Origin: Dicyema japonicum
Taxonomy: Eukaryota; Animalia; Dicyemida
NCBI GenBank assembly: GCA_011109175.1
Contig: RDEW01000003.1
Coordinates: 913,071-976,991, forward strand
Length of the DNA stretch: 63,921 nt
Direction: 5' to 3'
The notes beneath the pieces are model-generated. The model did no database searches, was not told the origin of the DNA, and saw only the letters and a program-made list of their open reading frames with translations. The stretch's first letter is position 1; each line of letters opens with the position of its first letter. The position numbers were made by a program, and so were the translations under genes. Below, one piece after another: positions 1 through 13,000 of the stretch.

Positions 1-129
1 AAATTGACTTGTACTTTTTATCCATAAATTCTCTTTTTATTTTTAATATTAATATATTATTACTATAAATAACTCCTTAGTTAAAAGATACCCAAATTTT
101 ATAATACATAATTCAAAAATGAATTTTTT

Positions 130-600
130 AGGGTTTCTGTGTTATGCAAGAAATAAATTTTTGAACTTTTGCCTTTGTTATGTTTTCAATCCTTTTGATA
201 ATGTGCAATTGTTCAATATTTGTGGTTATCATGGATATATTGTGATTCCTTTGGTTTCATTAAGACTCCTGTAACCACATGTTTTGGACAGATAAGTTTA
301 ACTTATCAGCCCGGATTCGAAGATGGCCACGGGTTCTCACACTATACGACAATAATTAACAATTGGTTCGCTGGCCGCAAAAAGTTTTTTAAAGAAAATT
401 AAACATTATTAACTAAAACTTATTTGAGAATTGAATCTGCTTTCCTTCTACTATTCTTCAAAATAGGGACTCAGTTTTTATGACGACGTAAGTAAAAGTT
501 GTATATGATGTTCATAAGTTAATTGGTTGCAAAATTTGGTTGTCTTCAAAAACGAAGAATTTTTTCCCATTCGGGGTTAAATGCACGAATTTTTGAATAA
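130..600 (-). mobile_element. Degenerate hAT (Charlie/GTF2IRD2-type) transposase N-terminal remnant
   Basis: Broken minus-strand frames give RAFNPEWE..., YNFYLRRHKN and ICPKH, recalling the RVFQEKWE, YNLRRH and CPE motifs of Charlie-type transposases. Many stops and frameshifts. Confidence 0.4.
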
Positions 601-724
601 TTTTTATACTTCTTTTAACACGTTTTTCAGATATCACAATTATTATTATTACCCCAGGGTTACCATTGTAGGCCCAGCACAAACAGTCATAACTAATTAG
701 TCCAAGAAAATCTGCTTGTGCTGA

Positions 725-1070
725 CCAAATCCATCTACCAATATTTCATTACAGGCTTTTCTCTTTCGAAGGGACGTGGAGAAATAGGTCCGCCCTTTCC
801 TATTTCGTCGCATGTCCTACCGTCGCGGACATCACTTCATTCTTCAGCGGAATAGTTTTTTTCATAATGTGATCTTCATCAAAGGATTTGGTCAGGGAGA
901 GGTAGGAAGATCCCTTTCAACTACTGTGTCGTACCAGAAGGACTCGCCTCACGTGTGGGATCTGTTTGACAAGAATTGACCTTCACTGAAAACTTTGTCC
1001 TTCGGATTCGAACCCACGACCTTCAGTCATCAGACGTTACGTTCAGTCAAAAGGCCAACCACGTGGCATC
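725..1070 (-). mobile_element. tRNA-derived SINE, family B (copy with Pol III head)
   Basis: Minus-strand tRNA-like head with B box GGTTCGAATCC (1004-1014). The body (740-900) aligns by eye with 44700-44870 (shared cattacaggct, gtggagaa, tccgccct, ccgtcgcggac, tcttcatcaa, ggatttggt). Confidence 0.55.
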
Positions 1071-1309
1071 AATGACAATCACATGGAAAGATTATAATGC
1101 GAGTCAAAATTGATTTTGGAAATATCAATGATAAATTTAATTTTATTGTTAAACATAATTTTTTTACAATTTATTTATTCAATAAAATATCAATACTTGA
1201 AAAAAATCATAACTTGTTTTTAAATGTAGCGAAGCAATTGTGCGTACGAGTATTTTCGATAGTAATCTCAGTTGCATTATTGGTATCTATAATTTTAAAT
1301 TTCAGTCCA

Positions 1310-1645
1310 CAGCCGGTTACTTGTTCAATGTCGGAAGCGTTTATCTAAAATCGGGAGAAGATTTGTTAGACGTGCAAGTTTGCCTGTTAGGAGTTGATCT
1401 TGTATGAATTGGATTTTGAAGCTCCATAGGCCCATGAGGCACATGCATACTCTATCGTCGTTTTAGAAGTTGATTGTACAAGACGACAGCGCATTCCCGT
1501 GACGGCCTGAACTTTAAGAGCGGTTTCATTATATTCTGTTTCCTGAGACCCTTTGTCATAACGTTCTTCACATGTTGAGAAAATGTCATCAAAGGGTCGA
1601 AAGTCACTTCCAGAATAGTTGGATGTATCTGTAAAGGAAAAGAGT
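1310..1645 (-). mobile_element. I/Jockey-like LINE RT C-terminal fragment
   Basis: KTTIEYACASWAYGASKSNSYKIN resembles the LINE RT thumb motif and matches YIEPCFSYACAS in the 39605 ORF. Confidence 0.55.
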
Positions 1646-1650
1646 CTCCA

Positions 1651-1723
1651 TAATAATAATAGCCTTTTCACGAGAGCCATGATATTTATAGCTCGCATAG
1701 GCAGGACACACACTTTTATTTAA
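1651..1723 (-). mobile_element. SINE family A, 3' tail fragment
   Basis: Reverse complement of gtgtgtgtcctgcctatgcgagctataaatatcatggctctcgtgaaaaggct(att)n, near-identical to 2752-2817. Confidence 0.75.
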
Positions 1724-1764
1724 GAGTGGCATAGTGGTTAGGTGTCGCTAGATGAATCCAACTT

Positions 1765-2145
1765 GGCTAGGGTTGAGATTTTATCCGGATGTGAGACGCT
1801 ATTTATTCGGTAAGCAATTTTCCACTTCATCAGACGCGAAAACACCATCGTAGTGAAGCTGGACTTCCTAAATCATTTAACAGCATTCATCAGGATTTAT
1901 TAATCTAGACTTGTCAGGACTCCAAAGATCAACTCTCGTATAGTGGACAGTCTCACCCTTATTATCGCTTACCGTTGATACGACACTGACGTCGTAGGTC
2001 AATTCACTTTATTTTAAGGAACTCTGTCCCTGGCCATCTCGGCCTCCTTTCTTGATCAACTTTCCTAACAATCTCAATTGCGAGATCCTGAACTATCCAC
2101 AGGGTTTGCTGGTGATCTGCCTTAAGACCTGATCTTTAGGCTAAG
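1765..2145 (+). mobile_element. CRE-like non-LTR RT core fragment
   Basis: Frameshifted QLG.G..GCE, VVKLDF.N(A)FNSIH and GDLP motifs typical of CRE-clade RT. Confidence 0.5.
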
Positions 2146-2220
2146 CCAAACAATTAGATACCTATAAAATTATGGTCAATAACTAAATTTTTATAATAGT
2201 AGAAACCCCAAAAGGGGCCA

Positions 2221-2404
2221 TGCGCCCAACCCAGAAGTACTGCAATACTGGGAGGACGCGCGGTATGGCGGAAGCAAGCTTCGCAACACACACCAGGTTA
2301 CAAAAATAAGCATTATATCTTGCCCCTTGTAAGGGCGTCCCAGATATAAAGCTGGAAAGAACAGATACTACACTTTGATCTTAGCCAAAAGGCCGAGAAG
2401 CGAC
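2221..2404 (-). ncRNA. U2: U2 spliceosomal snRNA, copy 1 (184 nt)
   Basis: Minus strand reads GTCGCTTCTCGGCCTTTTGGCTAAGATCAAAGTGTAGTATCTGTTC, with stems IIa/IIb, Sm site ATTTTTG and stem IV loop TATTGCAGTAC. Confidence 0.97.
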
Positions 2405-2414
2405 AAATTTTTTT

Positions 2415-2510
2415 AGAACACGTATAAAATTATTATCAGTTAAAATAGCTGTCAACATTATCGTTATAAATGCTTTGAACTTTTGATATAATTAATTGAG
2501 TCACGTTTAT
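2415..2510 (-). promoter_or_regulatory. U2 upstream promoter blocks (PSE-like)
   Basis: Blocks at -15, -38..-57, -67..-85 and -97..-106 are conserved with identical spacing upstream of all three U2 copies. Confidence 0.7.
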
Positions 2511-2607
2511 AAATATTATTCATATTTTATTTTAATTAACAATATTAACAAATTTTTATATTTTCGATTTTCGTTTCTTACTCTTAGAATTCGTGCACTA
2601 TTTTAAT

Positions 2608-2817
2608 ACCGTGTGGCTTAGGTTAGGTGTCGGGCTTAAGTGACTTAGGTTACGAGTTCGATTCTCGCTGCTGTTCACCTGGTGGAAGTTTCCACGCATC
2701 TATGATGCCAATTGATTAGTTAAAATTAACTGTTCTTTACTTAAATAAAGTGTGTGTCCTGCCTATGCGGAGCTATAAATACTATGGCTCTCGTGAAAAG
2801 GCTTTATTATTATTATT
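2608..2817 (+). mobile_element. tRNA-derived SINE family A, internally deleted copy
   Basis: A-box-like TGGCTTAGGTTAGG, B box GAGTTCGATTC (2654-2664), core gtttccacgcatct and (ATT)n tail. Confidence 0.75.
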
Positions 2818-3494
2818 AATATTACAAAAAATATTAATTACCGAAACAAAAATCAATATTTTTAGATACTTGAAATTTTTAACTCTTTTTTAGGTTTTTT
2901 CTTACCTAATCTTAGCCCATTCAGCTGACCTTACGATGTCGATGTATCCATCAACGGAATAGACACGTGGTGAGGGATGGGGACCTCAAACTTTAATTTT
3001 TCCAACTTTCCTCCTTCCACGCTTCTGTATTTCATCAGTGTTATCAGCAGTTTAGCCTTCCTTCAATTCGGGCACAACATGATCTAAACAAGAGGAAGTG
3101 TAATTCTCAGTCGTCCACGATAACCCCCATATATAATAAATGAGATAATCTTTGACTTAGAAAAATCATTCAATGATAAACTGCGTATTTCATATAAAAT
3201 AGAGAATCCTCAATAGGAGTCAATTTTTCAATTTACATCACCACTCAAGCGCTATGGATATTTCATAATTAATCGCTCAAAATAGTTCATTAATCATTCA
3301 ATCGATTTTCATGGCAAATTGTCTAATATTTACTGATGCAATTTCTGGCTCTGATGATCTCTACAGGAATGTAGGAAAAAGGTTCTAAAACAGCTCTTCC
3401 ACGTCTTGGTCTTCAGGATACTGAAAATCTAACCTCATTATGAGTTTTAAGGTAAAAATATATTTACCATTATGAATACTGCACTTTGAGAATT

Positions 3495-3745
3495 GTTAGC
3501 TATAGCTTCTCCCAGATAGGACACACACTTCATTTAAGTAAAGAACAGTAATCATAACTAATCGATTAGGGAGAACCAAGGAATGCTCTTCACTTCTGCT
3601 TTTGTTGGGTGTGAGTCCTTTTGTAGACGATCCGGTTCCGCAGTGAGATGTTCCACTATGACGGCGTCACTAGTCAAGCCAAAGCATCGTAGATGCGTGG
3701 AACCTTCAGTCGGAATGTATAGCAGCGAGATTAGGTGCCATCAGG
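3495..3745 (-). mobile_element. SINE family A copy
   Basis: Reverse complement aligns with 29880-30090 and 57227-57424 (gaaggttccacgcatc, gtgacgccgtca, ctcactgcggaa, ttggttctcc, actgttctttacttaaat). Confidence 0.75.
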
Positions 3746-4167
3746 CCTTTTGCATGGCATTCGTTACACTTCGCCACTCGTTACATTCGTTACTTACCCT
3801 TATCCCAATGTTAATGATTAGAATGTGACGCTATTGATCGGGAAACCCTATAACGTTTATTGTCGAATACTGCTAATAATGATTATGAGAGACAATATCT
3901 CAGCTTTGACACTTTATCTTTGACTTTTATCCCAATGAGAAGGTACTTATGAAACAATCTTGAAACTTCTCAGAATAATCAAGCTTGTTAAAATCCGCTA
4001 ATAAATAGTTATGGTTCATGTCGATTTGCGGCCAGCTAATAGGTGGTTATGCTCACAATGTGATGATTTACGTAAGGTCTGCTTCTTTTTATGATGGATA
4101 AAAGCCCTTGTTTTTCTTTATGTGACGAATTAAGAGGCACATAAATTTTAAGTTTTGAACAAATTGC

Positions 4168-4346
4168 GGTCGAGTCATCGGAAGCCGTTGGTCCAATGAC
4201 GGCTGAGTTTTTTGCGCGAACTTGGAGGAATGCTTGCCAGAAAGAAAAGGGATCAACGAGAAGGGTTATGACTGAGACAAAAGATTGGAATAGCCATACT
4301 CCGAGGGAACTCGTTCGCGATCCACGCAGCCGGCTTCCTCAACTAA
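4168..4346 (+). mobile_element. CRE-like element 3' end (RLE C-terminus)
   Basis: VESSEAVGP..F..ELG....D.RE..L.QKIGIAILRGNSFAIHAAGFLN*. Confidence 0.65.
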
Positions 4347-4739
4347 CATTTGTTTCTTTGTTAAATAATTGTCTTCAATAAAAAACAAAAAACAAATAAA
4401 ATAAATGACAGATTTCCTTACGAATACAGACACAGAAATCTGAATAAAATAAATGGCAGATTTACTTAGGAAGAACATGGAAAATCAGAGGTTGCTCGTA
4501 TAAGATGATAGTTAATATGATTCTATGTATGCTCATAATAATGCGTCGCTTAATTCGCGTTAATGTTGCTCGTCAAAATTATTGATTAAAAAAACAATTT
4601 TATGTAATCTCAAAGTGGTACAAAAATTATCTTTTTGATGTTAAACAAAGGTAAGAATCGAGTGGGATTGTCGCCAAATGTCAAAAAAATATTAACTTAT
4701 AAGCAAAATTAATCAATAAGGTCCCCACTGACATAATCG

Positions 4740-4860
4740 ACGTTGTTTTGCCTCACACGATCGCAACGGAGATCAACTAGAGAAGCCACTGAGTCTCACG
4801 TGCGTCGTGGCTATTGAGTGTAGCAGACGTCCTAACTTCTTGAGGAATCAATAAATAATT
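4740..4860 (-). mobile_element. CRE-like element 3' end
   Basis: FLKKLGRLL..RETQWLL.LISVAI. Nucleotide match to the reverse complement of 47740-47815. Confidence 0.6.
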
Positions 4861-5504
4861 AGCTGTATAGTCACTAAATTCCACAGGGCATATATACAAA
4901 CAACAGTGCTCAAGGGAAAGCATGAGAGCGTGTTTTTTACACACCACGTGAGTCCTATTGCGCAACTTACAGTGCACAAAATAATTGTAAAAAAGTTGTC
5001 TAAAATCTATGCTAGGGGCAAAAAGAGGGAGTACTGTCTGTTTATTTCTTTGCATGACCCCAAGACACTCCAAGAAAGGAGGTAATTGTAACCGAACTAA
5101 TTAGATGATCTTTGATCCTATATCGCACTTGCCATTATCATTCTGTTGTCATCGAGAAACCCCTAGTGTCTCCCCTTGTGTCTACATAAGAAATCGATGG
5201 GAGACAGATGTCTAAAAAAGGACCGTTCATTTTCAGAACGTAATATGTACGAGAATAGTAGATTCTTCGGATCTTGTCAAATTGAAGGAATTTGTGGCTA
5301 TTCTTCTTATCGGCGACTCCGACAGGGGAGTGTCAAGGGTAGGGTCTATTTAACTTCATAAGACATGTTTTTATCGTGTAAGGAGCTGATGTTGCCATGA
5401 ACACTGGGTTAAAAAAAAGAACGTCACAGCTGACCTAGTTAATAGTATGGATAATTAATTATTTTTTGATAATAACAAAAATTTTCAATAAATAATAAAT
5501 AAAT

Positions 5505-6973
5505 AAAAATCATCGAAATAAAGGTAAAAAGTGCTGTTCGACGCATAAATTGAATAAACTAAAATAAATCACAAAAATACTCATAATTCTTAGGATCCAG
5601 TTTATCCCTCAACAAATCCAACTCATTACGCAGTCTGTTGTAATCTCTCCTATCACCCGAACACTCCCGCTATTACATTAAGCCACATTATACAGCAATA
5701 TTAAGAACCGACATCATTCTATGCAGAACCATCTCCCTGTCGATTTACCGTTAGAAACAACTTCTAAAGAGCATCCCAACTGAGGTAACACAAAACACTA
5801 CTTTATTAACAGCAGTGATGACAGATTTAATATAATCATTAATATGACTCAACTTAAGCTTCAATACAGCGTGCTTTATCAGCACATTTTGACTGAGTCA
5901 TCACCCTTAGCTTTCTTAATGTGAATAAGGTAACATACGGTCACTTCACTGTCGCAATTCAGCACACGTAAGGAGGACACGGCAGATTCTTTCAGTTTTA
6001 TCAGTGAATTCAATCTGGTCTGCAATATTATAAAAGTACACCATTTGTAGTAATAGCTCATTGAAAGCTATGTTTTTAGTCACCACCCTTCCACGTTGAA
6101 TTTTGCTACCTTGTCTGCTCAATTTTGTGGTCCCGTTGTTGTATCCACCAATATTGATCATTTTTTGAGGAGCAATGCTCTACTTATTAGATTAATACAA
6201 CAAACAGCCACGTCAAAATCGTCAACCACATAGGCGCCCATATTATCGAAAAGCACTCTAAATGAGTTCCTTGAATAGTCTACAGCGTTTATAGTCCCTT
6301 CGAACAATCCATCATAGGGTTTCCTCATTCTAACTAGGTCGTTAAGGGAAAAAATACCTAAGACTTGAGTTCCTACGACAATTGAGGACGGAATCTCCTG
6401 TGGGAGATCGTGAAATTTAAAGTCGTGATTTGAACGGGGTTCGGAATTCTGTATGGGCGGGTAGGAAAATGAAGATGACTGAAAATCTCTATTGAAGTTG
6501 TTAAGGGAAATTTTCTTCCTCTGTAGAAGACTCACACGGCTTCTTTTATCGTTCAAATCTCGGATAGAATCCTGAAAAAAGCCTGAGAATGTCTGAGAAT
6601 GAAAATAACAACATACCTTCGGGGCTTTCCTAGGGCTCTCCGTATGGCTCTCCATTGCAATTTTGTGAGTTGAAAAGTCTTAAGTTCTGGGAAATTTAGT
6701 TTTATCTTTGTTTGAAATTCATTTTCTGCCTCAAATATTGCTCTGAATTATTTTAGAATGAGTATACTTATCGACATCGCTGTAAAACCATTCGTAACAG
6801 ACCCATCTGTGAGCTAAGGGAAGTTTTAAAAAGTTTTTTAATTGGTTTATATTTTTGGAGCACAAGTAATTTTTGTGAATATCTTGGTTCAAAATGAATT
6901 CCATTATGTTATGTTTACGATAAAAAATCACCACAAGCAACCACAAAAAATAGAACAAATATTTAGCGGTCAT
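5505..6973 (-). CDS. LIN9: LIN-9/Mip130 (DREAM/MuvB subunit), spliced; ends approximate
   Basis: LKNFLKLPLAHRWVCYEWFYSDVDK, QWRAIRRALGKPRR (DIRP domain), DLPQEIP..VGTQV, DGLFEGTINAVD and QTRLNSLIKLK. Introns of 22-25 nt. One homopolymer frameshift at 6575-6580. Confidence 0.9.
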
Positions 6974-7371
6974 AATTTTATAAATTATTTGAATAAATTA
7001 TTAATTAAAAAATAAATAAATAATTTATTTTTAAACTCACTCTTATTTCATTAAAAATTTCTAAATAAATAAAATTCCTCTTATTTAAATTCGAAATTTA
7101 TTAGAACTGTCAAATATTTAAATATAATCTAGTTAAAATTCTATATTCGATTTATCGGCAATTGACGTTAATAATGATTAATTTGTCCAATTAATATCTC
7201 AAGCTGTTTTATTTAACAATAGAGAATATTAATACGTGTTATTAATGTGTCTATGGTTATACTATTATGCGACCAACATGCAATTTAAAAGGCAGAAATT
7301 AATTTCCAATCCAATTAATTATATCTTATTTAGAAAAAAGTGAGTAAAAAGAAAAAAGTGAGGTCATATAG

Positions 7372-7565
7372 CGGCCGCCATGACTGTGTGGCTATTCCCT
7401 CTCAGGATGGTGAGCAAGATTCGCTCAAATAATCAGCAACGCTCATGGGGGTTTTCTGATCGTGTAGAAATCCGATTCCCTAGACGACTCAGGAATTCCA
7501 GTATCTAAGATGCAAGGGAACCAACATCTCAACGGCGATTGGAACGAACAAAAAATCATAGGACG
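7372..7565 (-). mobile_element. CRE-like element 3' end
   Basis: Reverse complement closely matches 19505-19702 (ctggaattcytgagtcgtctagggaatcggatttcta). Confidence 0.7.
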
Positions 7566-8254
7566 TGTCCAATTAACTACACAGAAAAATAGTTTTTAAG
7601 CGTTAAACACAGACGATTGCCGCTTAATTATAAATTGATTTTTAGCTATTCATTGACGCGTGAAAAACAGATGGTCATTAAAAACTCGAGATACTTTTCA
7701 GTAACAAACATAGATCCATAATTAAAATATTCAAAAATTTTAGCTAACTTGTGATTCTTTTGGCTGTCCCGAGGAAGGTGATACATATTCAAGTTCCTCC
7801 GATTTGGGTCAGACTGAATTCGAATCCAGACATTGGCGATCTAATTCTCTTTTATTTCCCAGAGTTCGTTTATCAAATGTTTCCCGAGTCCATTAAGGAA
7901 GTGGTTGAGAGGTTATATCCACTTTGAGGAGATGAAGATATTGAGTGTAATAAAGCTATAGCGCATCGGAGTTACCCCACCAGTTTAACCTCCCAACCGA
8001 TTAACAACTAGATTCAAAACATGAGTAATATATTTTATGAGGAATGGAATTGAATGAACGTTATCCACAAGATTATGAATATAATTTTATATAAAAATTA
8101 ACTTCCATTTTAGTTAAAAAAACTAATCCAGTTTAAAGTCTCAATGTTTCCTCTAAAACCTTTCTCCTCTTATAAAAAGAGTTATCGATCTGCCACTTGT
8201 CTTTTATTTTCACTCATATCAATCACCACATTATCACCAAACAGATCGCAGCTC

Positions 8255-8950
8255 CCCCGCGTGTGTCCCGCTTTTGGAAAATCTGACAACTTTAATGACC
8301 CACTAGAATTTGTCATGTTGATCGACACAAGCGACTTCTGTCCTCAATCTAAAAAGATGGTTAGACAGAGGTCGTTGTTAAAGGTCATGAAATGGCAATC
8401 TAGTATGGAACCGAATCTCCTACTTCTGAATCGCGGTTATCATGGTTTATGAATGAGTCAATACGTCCGAATTTCTTGAGGTAGACTAGGTACTTATTGC
8501 TTATCCGGTTGTCTGTGTCGACAGCCATCGTGCGGAAGGTACATCGATTGAGGACTCTTCAAACTTCTTTTTTAGCTCTGCAGCGGAAAGTTCCCTTACC
8601 AAGCTCTCGATGATATTACTGGGGGACAGAGAGTCGAAACACGTTGCATCCAAACTAACGGTTTCTCCTCCTCGAACGGAAAGATTGTTACTCCGTCCGG
8701 TTGCTTTTCGTCTCCCCAGTCCAGGCCAGTTGGTTCCACTATAGAAAGGTGTCCGACAGACTCCAGTGCGCGTTTCACAACATCATTTAAGTTAGTGTTC
8801 GGCGAGAATCTCCCAGCACATCTTCTGCATAAGAAGGCGTGATGTCCGTAGACATCGACAATCAGCCCGCATGGTCAGCGGTGAGCCTGTCATATTCTCA
8901 GCCCAAGATTGATAGAGATACAGATGCGGACCGACTCATCATATAAATGC
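8255..8950 (-). mobile_element. CRE-like element, CCHC zinc finger plus RLE
   Basis: CGLIVDVYGHHAFLCRRCAGR..NLNDVVKRALESVG..EPTGLD.GDEKQPDGVTIFPF. Confidence 0.75.
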
Positions 8951-9264
8951 ATGCCAACGGAAGGTAACAATCAGTACTCCGCTTCCTTCAGATCTCCCAG
9001 CGATCAAACAGTGTTGATTCATTTTTAAGTAGTCTCGCATATTTATCTTCAAATATGGTTTTATAGTGATTTTTCTACTACATCTGGGTTTCGGATGCTT
9101 GCAGCCCTTCTGGTAGCCAAGCAACAGCATACTCAGTATAATTGGTCAATGATTCAGTTACATTAAATTCACCAAAGAAAAATAGTATTTTTAAGTGAAA
9201 TCAAATTTAGTCCCGAGAGTGGATAATAAGAATCAATTTATGAATAAATAAAAGTAAATAAAAT

Positions 9265-9535
9265 TGTTCCAAAGACCAAGGGTAAAACCAAACTAACTAA
9301 TTCCTTGATCCAGAAGAACCTTCACCCAAAACAGGGATTCAGAGGACTTTTCCGGGGAGCTGAGGTCGATTCCAGAGCTCGTCGCCAGGAAACTAAATTG
9401 TTTCCCGATTGAATAAATATTAGATCCTTTTGATTTCAGACAGGCATTGGGCGTCTCCTTAGTGAGGTGGATCCAATGACGCCATCAGATGAAAGAAAGA
9501 TGCATCTTTCACCAATTATCCACATTGCACCAAAA
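9265..9535 (-). repeat. Dispersed repeat U: probable 5'-truncated LINE 3' end
   Basis: Homologous to 30706-30985 and 13965-14180. The terminus ttagtttggttttacccttggtcttt matches the end of the LINE at 40185-40210. Confidence 0.6.
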
Positions 9536-10092
9536 AACATAATATTTCGTTTTTTGACTTAATTAAAAAAGTTAAATATCATTTTATTAGCATTTGTTTT
9601 TGAGTGGTTGAGATCTCTTCGGTACTTAGTCAGATAAAAGAAACTATTAGAAAGGATAGTAAGCAGTTAAGCTAGTCTTAGACTTAATATTTAATACAGG
9701 CTTATAATCAAATTTAAAAACTCACTAATCATACAAAAAGTAGTTATGGATTACTACAATTCCTTACAGTGGACAAAGGCGGATGACTTGATTACTAGAT
9801 GCCGTTGTAGTTTCACAAGTGAATCCGCGAGAAACTGCAGACTTTTATGGTTGGTGTCAAACCAACTGTCAGTCTTCTTCGATTATTCCTATGCGAATTT
9901 CTCCATCTATCAAAGGTTGAAGTACGATTTGGATGTTATGCTATAGTCGATAACCTCTCATAATAACAGACTTATTAGTTAAAAAGATATTGCATAATTA
10001 CATAAATTAAAAATGTAAGAATAAATGAAAAAATTGAGATTACAAAAAATGAGATAAATAAAATGTAAACTAAGAGAGCGGTTACAGTGTCA

Positions 10093-13000
10093 TTAGTATC
10101 GATAATGGGAATCTTGAGACATGTTATATCTATAATTAGAGTCCTGTGAGTATATTTGGAAGTTATCCCTGTCATCATTATTGCTGATATCACTATGGGG
10201 TTGAGCACTGTTTCCGTCTACCTACAAATAATCCTATACAAATAAACATAGTTGGACTCAACATTCCCAGAAACGTCTGCATTCCCTCTTTGTTTCGTCC
10301 CCGAAGCCAGAACCCTTTGATGAAATGAACGCAAATAAGATGGCTGAGATGTAATTTGCTCTAAAAATCTCCCCCGAAAAATACGTTCAGGTTGTTGCTG
10401 CATCATGAATCTCATCATTGTTTGGCTGTCAGTCAGCATCGACATTGGGACTGGGTAATTCATTTTATAAGCCATATCCCGGTCTTTCGGAATATAGGAA
10501 TAATGGTCAACAGGTTTGGCATTTTCCCTTTTTTCCGTTGAAGACTAAAATGTAAAAGAAACAAGCTACCTTAGAAAGTTCTCTAAACTGATATGTCGAC
10601 TGTTTTAAATTGTTCAGAGGACCTTCTACAAGGACACCACAATCCTTGAAGTAAAGGATGAGTTCATTCCATAAAGGGTTCTTAGAGAGAACACGTGCAT
10701 TTCCAATTATAATAAGTCCATATCTAGCATTAATTTAACAGTGTAACCTAGCTCTCGTCAAGGCCACGTTGAGGCGTCTGATGTCGTCCAGAAACCCAAT
10801 TCCTTGATGCTCATTGGATCTTACGCAGGACAAGATTATGTAATCCTTTTCTCTTCCTTGAAATGCGTCCACACTGGCGACTTCGATTTCCTAAAATAAT
10901 CAAAAATGCTTGACCTGATAAAGACGAGAATTCAGTTTTCCTGAAAACTGCATAAAATGCACGAGGAAAGCACGTTGTCCTTCATAAGGAGTGATGATCC
11001 CAATCTGTTCGGGATAAGTCCCAGAACTGAGCAGACTACTGACAACCTTCTCAACATTTGCAGCTTCTGTGCTGGAAGACTAAGCCAATAAAATCAACCG
11101 GTTTATAAACGAAGTCCCGGAAGTAGCGATCTCCTCCTGTCCGCACGTCAGATAAAAGAACATTGGTACATCAGTTCTCGGCCAAGGAAAGTTGCACGTG
11201 GTTAACTCACGGTTTACTTTAATAAGACAAATCAACTACCAGCAGAAACTCCGTTTTGAAGAGATCCCTCATAAAAGGCGTTAGACGGGAAAACTGACAA
11301 GCAGGATGCATTCTATACTGCACTAACAGTCGAATTGGATGGACTCCTAGCTTGACAAGACGCTCAAATAGAGATCTCGAAAGTCCAGCCTTTGCAGCTT
11401 CCTTGGACATTACAACAGGTCCGAGCTGACAGTGATCCCCACGAGTACAAGCTACAATAACAAATACTCTAAACATGTCTACAGCCATGTACTATTGGAA
11501 TCATGCACTCTACTTCGGTTGCTTGAGTACTTTCATCTATAAGCACTGATTTAAAGTTGAATTTGTGCAACCTCGGATCACCAGCCCCAACACACGTGCA
11601 ACAAATAACCTCTGCATACTAGGAATGAATGAAAAATTAGAAATACAGATAAAATCTCAATTTCAGCTTGTCGTTTCAACTGTCCGTAACGTTTTTCATC
11701 ATTCGAAGACAACTCGCCGGCCTGATCTTTCAAGTTGATTAGTTTTTTAAGCTCAGGTTTGCTGAAATTAGAGCAAATACGACCTTGTCAGCTTCTTCAT
11801 TTGATTATGTAGAGCCAAATGGGATACTGGCGAGTCAATTGCCTCTCTACTCTTGGCACACAGCCTCACGACTTTCAGCCCAGTTTTATCAATCTTCTCA
11901 GTCAGTTGGTCAACGGCAATATTCGAAGGAGCAACAACCAAAACTTGGGATTTTGTCTGTTCGACTAAATGGTACACGATTGTAGCCGACGTCACAGTCT
12001 TTCCAGTTCCAGGCGGTCCCTAACTAAATTACCCAGCTAGCAAACCTGTATAAGACTGAGAGGCTTCTGGAGAACCGTTTTCACTGCGGATATTTGGGAA
12101 TGGTTAAGCTCAGGAAGATTGGGCGCTGAGAATTTCTTAGGAAGGGATGTCCTTATAAAGACATCATCGTCTCGGTACCCCAGTATATACTGGTATATTA
12201 CAGCTGATACCGAGGTTTCCTCATTTGAAAAGAGTTTCAGTGCATGCTGCATTCTAGAATGACAAAATGACTACAACCTGTCATAGGAAGTAGATTTCCA
12301 TACAAAATCGACTGAATAGCCGACTGTGGCTTCGCACATTATATCTGAATTGTTTTTCATTTCCACCCCAACTTCGTCAGATTTGTCTAAACATTACATT
12401 GATACCTACTGTCTGGGATTTTGATGACATGACCTACGGCTGACCAAGAACATCTCGAAGACATGTAAGTGATTTTCAGTTCGTCCCCGTGCATTATCCG
12501 CATTTCTTAGAATAAGACATCAAAAATTTCAAAAAAATCATAAATAAGTAGATTATTGAGGGAAATAAATAGGAATAAAAAAGTATACCTTCGTTAGCCT
12601 TTGGAAGGTGGAGATAAGCAACCTTCTTTTTATTAAGACCAATGTCCCAGCGAATGACCATATTCTCGGTAGTTTGGGATTCTTTCAGTTTCCTATCATA
12701 CTCAGACTCCAGTTTAATAAGAGGGGAGTATATGCTCTGATACTGAAACGAATCTTCATATCTAAATTGCACGAAATATCGACTTGTCAAGAATATGATG
12801 AACTCCTTCCTCCAAATTTGAGCTATTCAATTCATCTATAGTAGCATTGGGGTTCTGCTTCCACATTTCTTCCAATCCGCTAATCTCGGATGGAGTAATT
12901 TGACGGCAGTCTCTCTAAGGGAGTCACTTGGGACTTTGATAAGCCAAGAGACGATTTGTCGCTCTTCAATGAGCGGTTTCCAGTCGTTCAACTCCCTGAA

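Noticed and set aside
220-402. ORF ending INNWFAGRKK as a homeobox
   Set aside because: No helix 1/2 residues upstream, and the opposite strand is better explained as a hAT transposase remnant.
9975-10475. Two small minus-strand ORFs as a separate gene
   Set aside because: They are the spliced C-terminal exons of UPF1, or an overlapping wrong frame.
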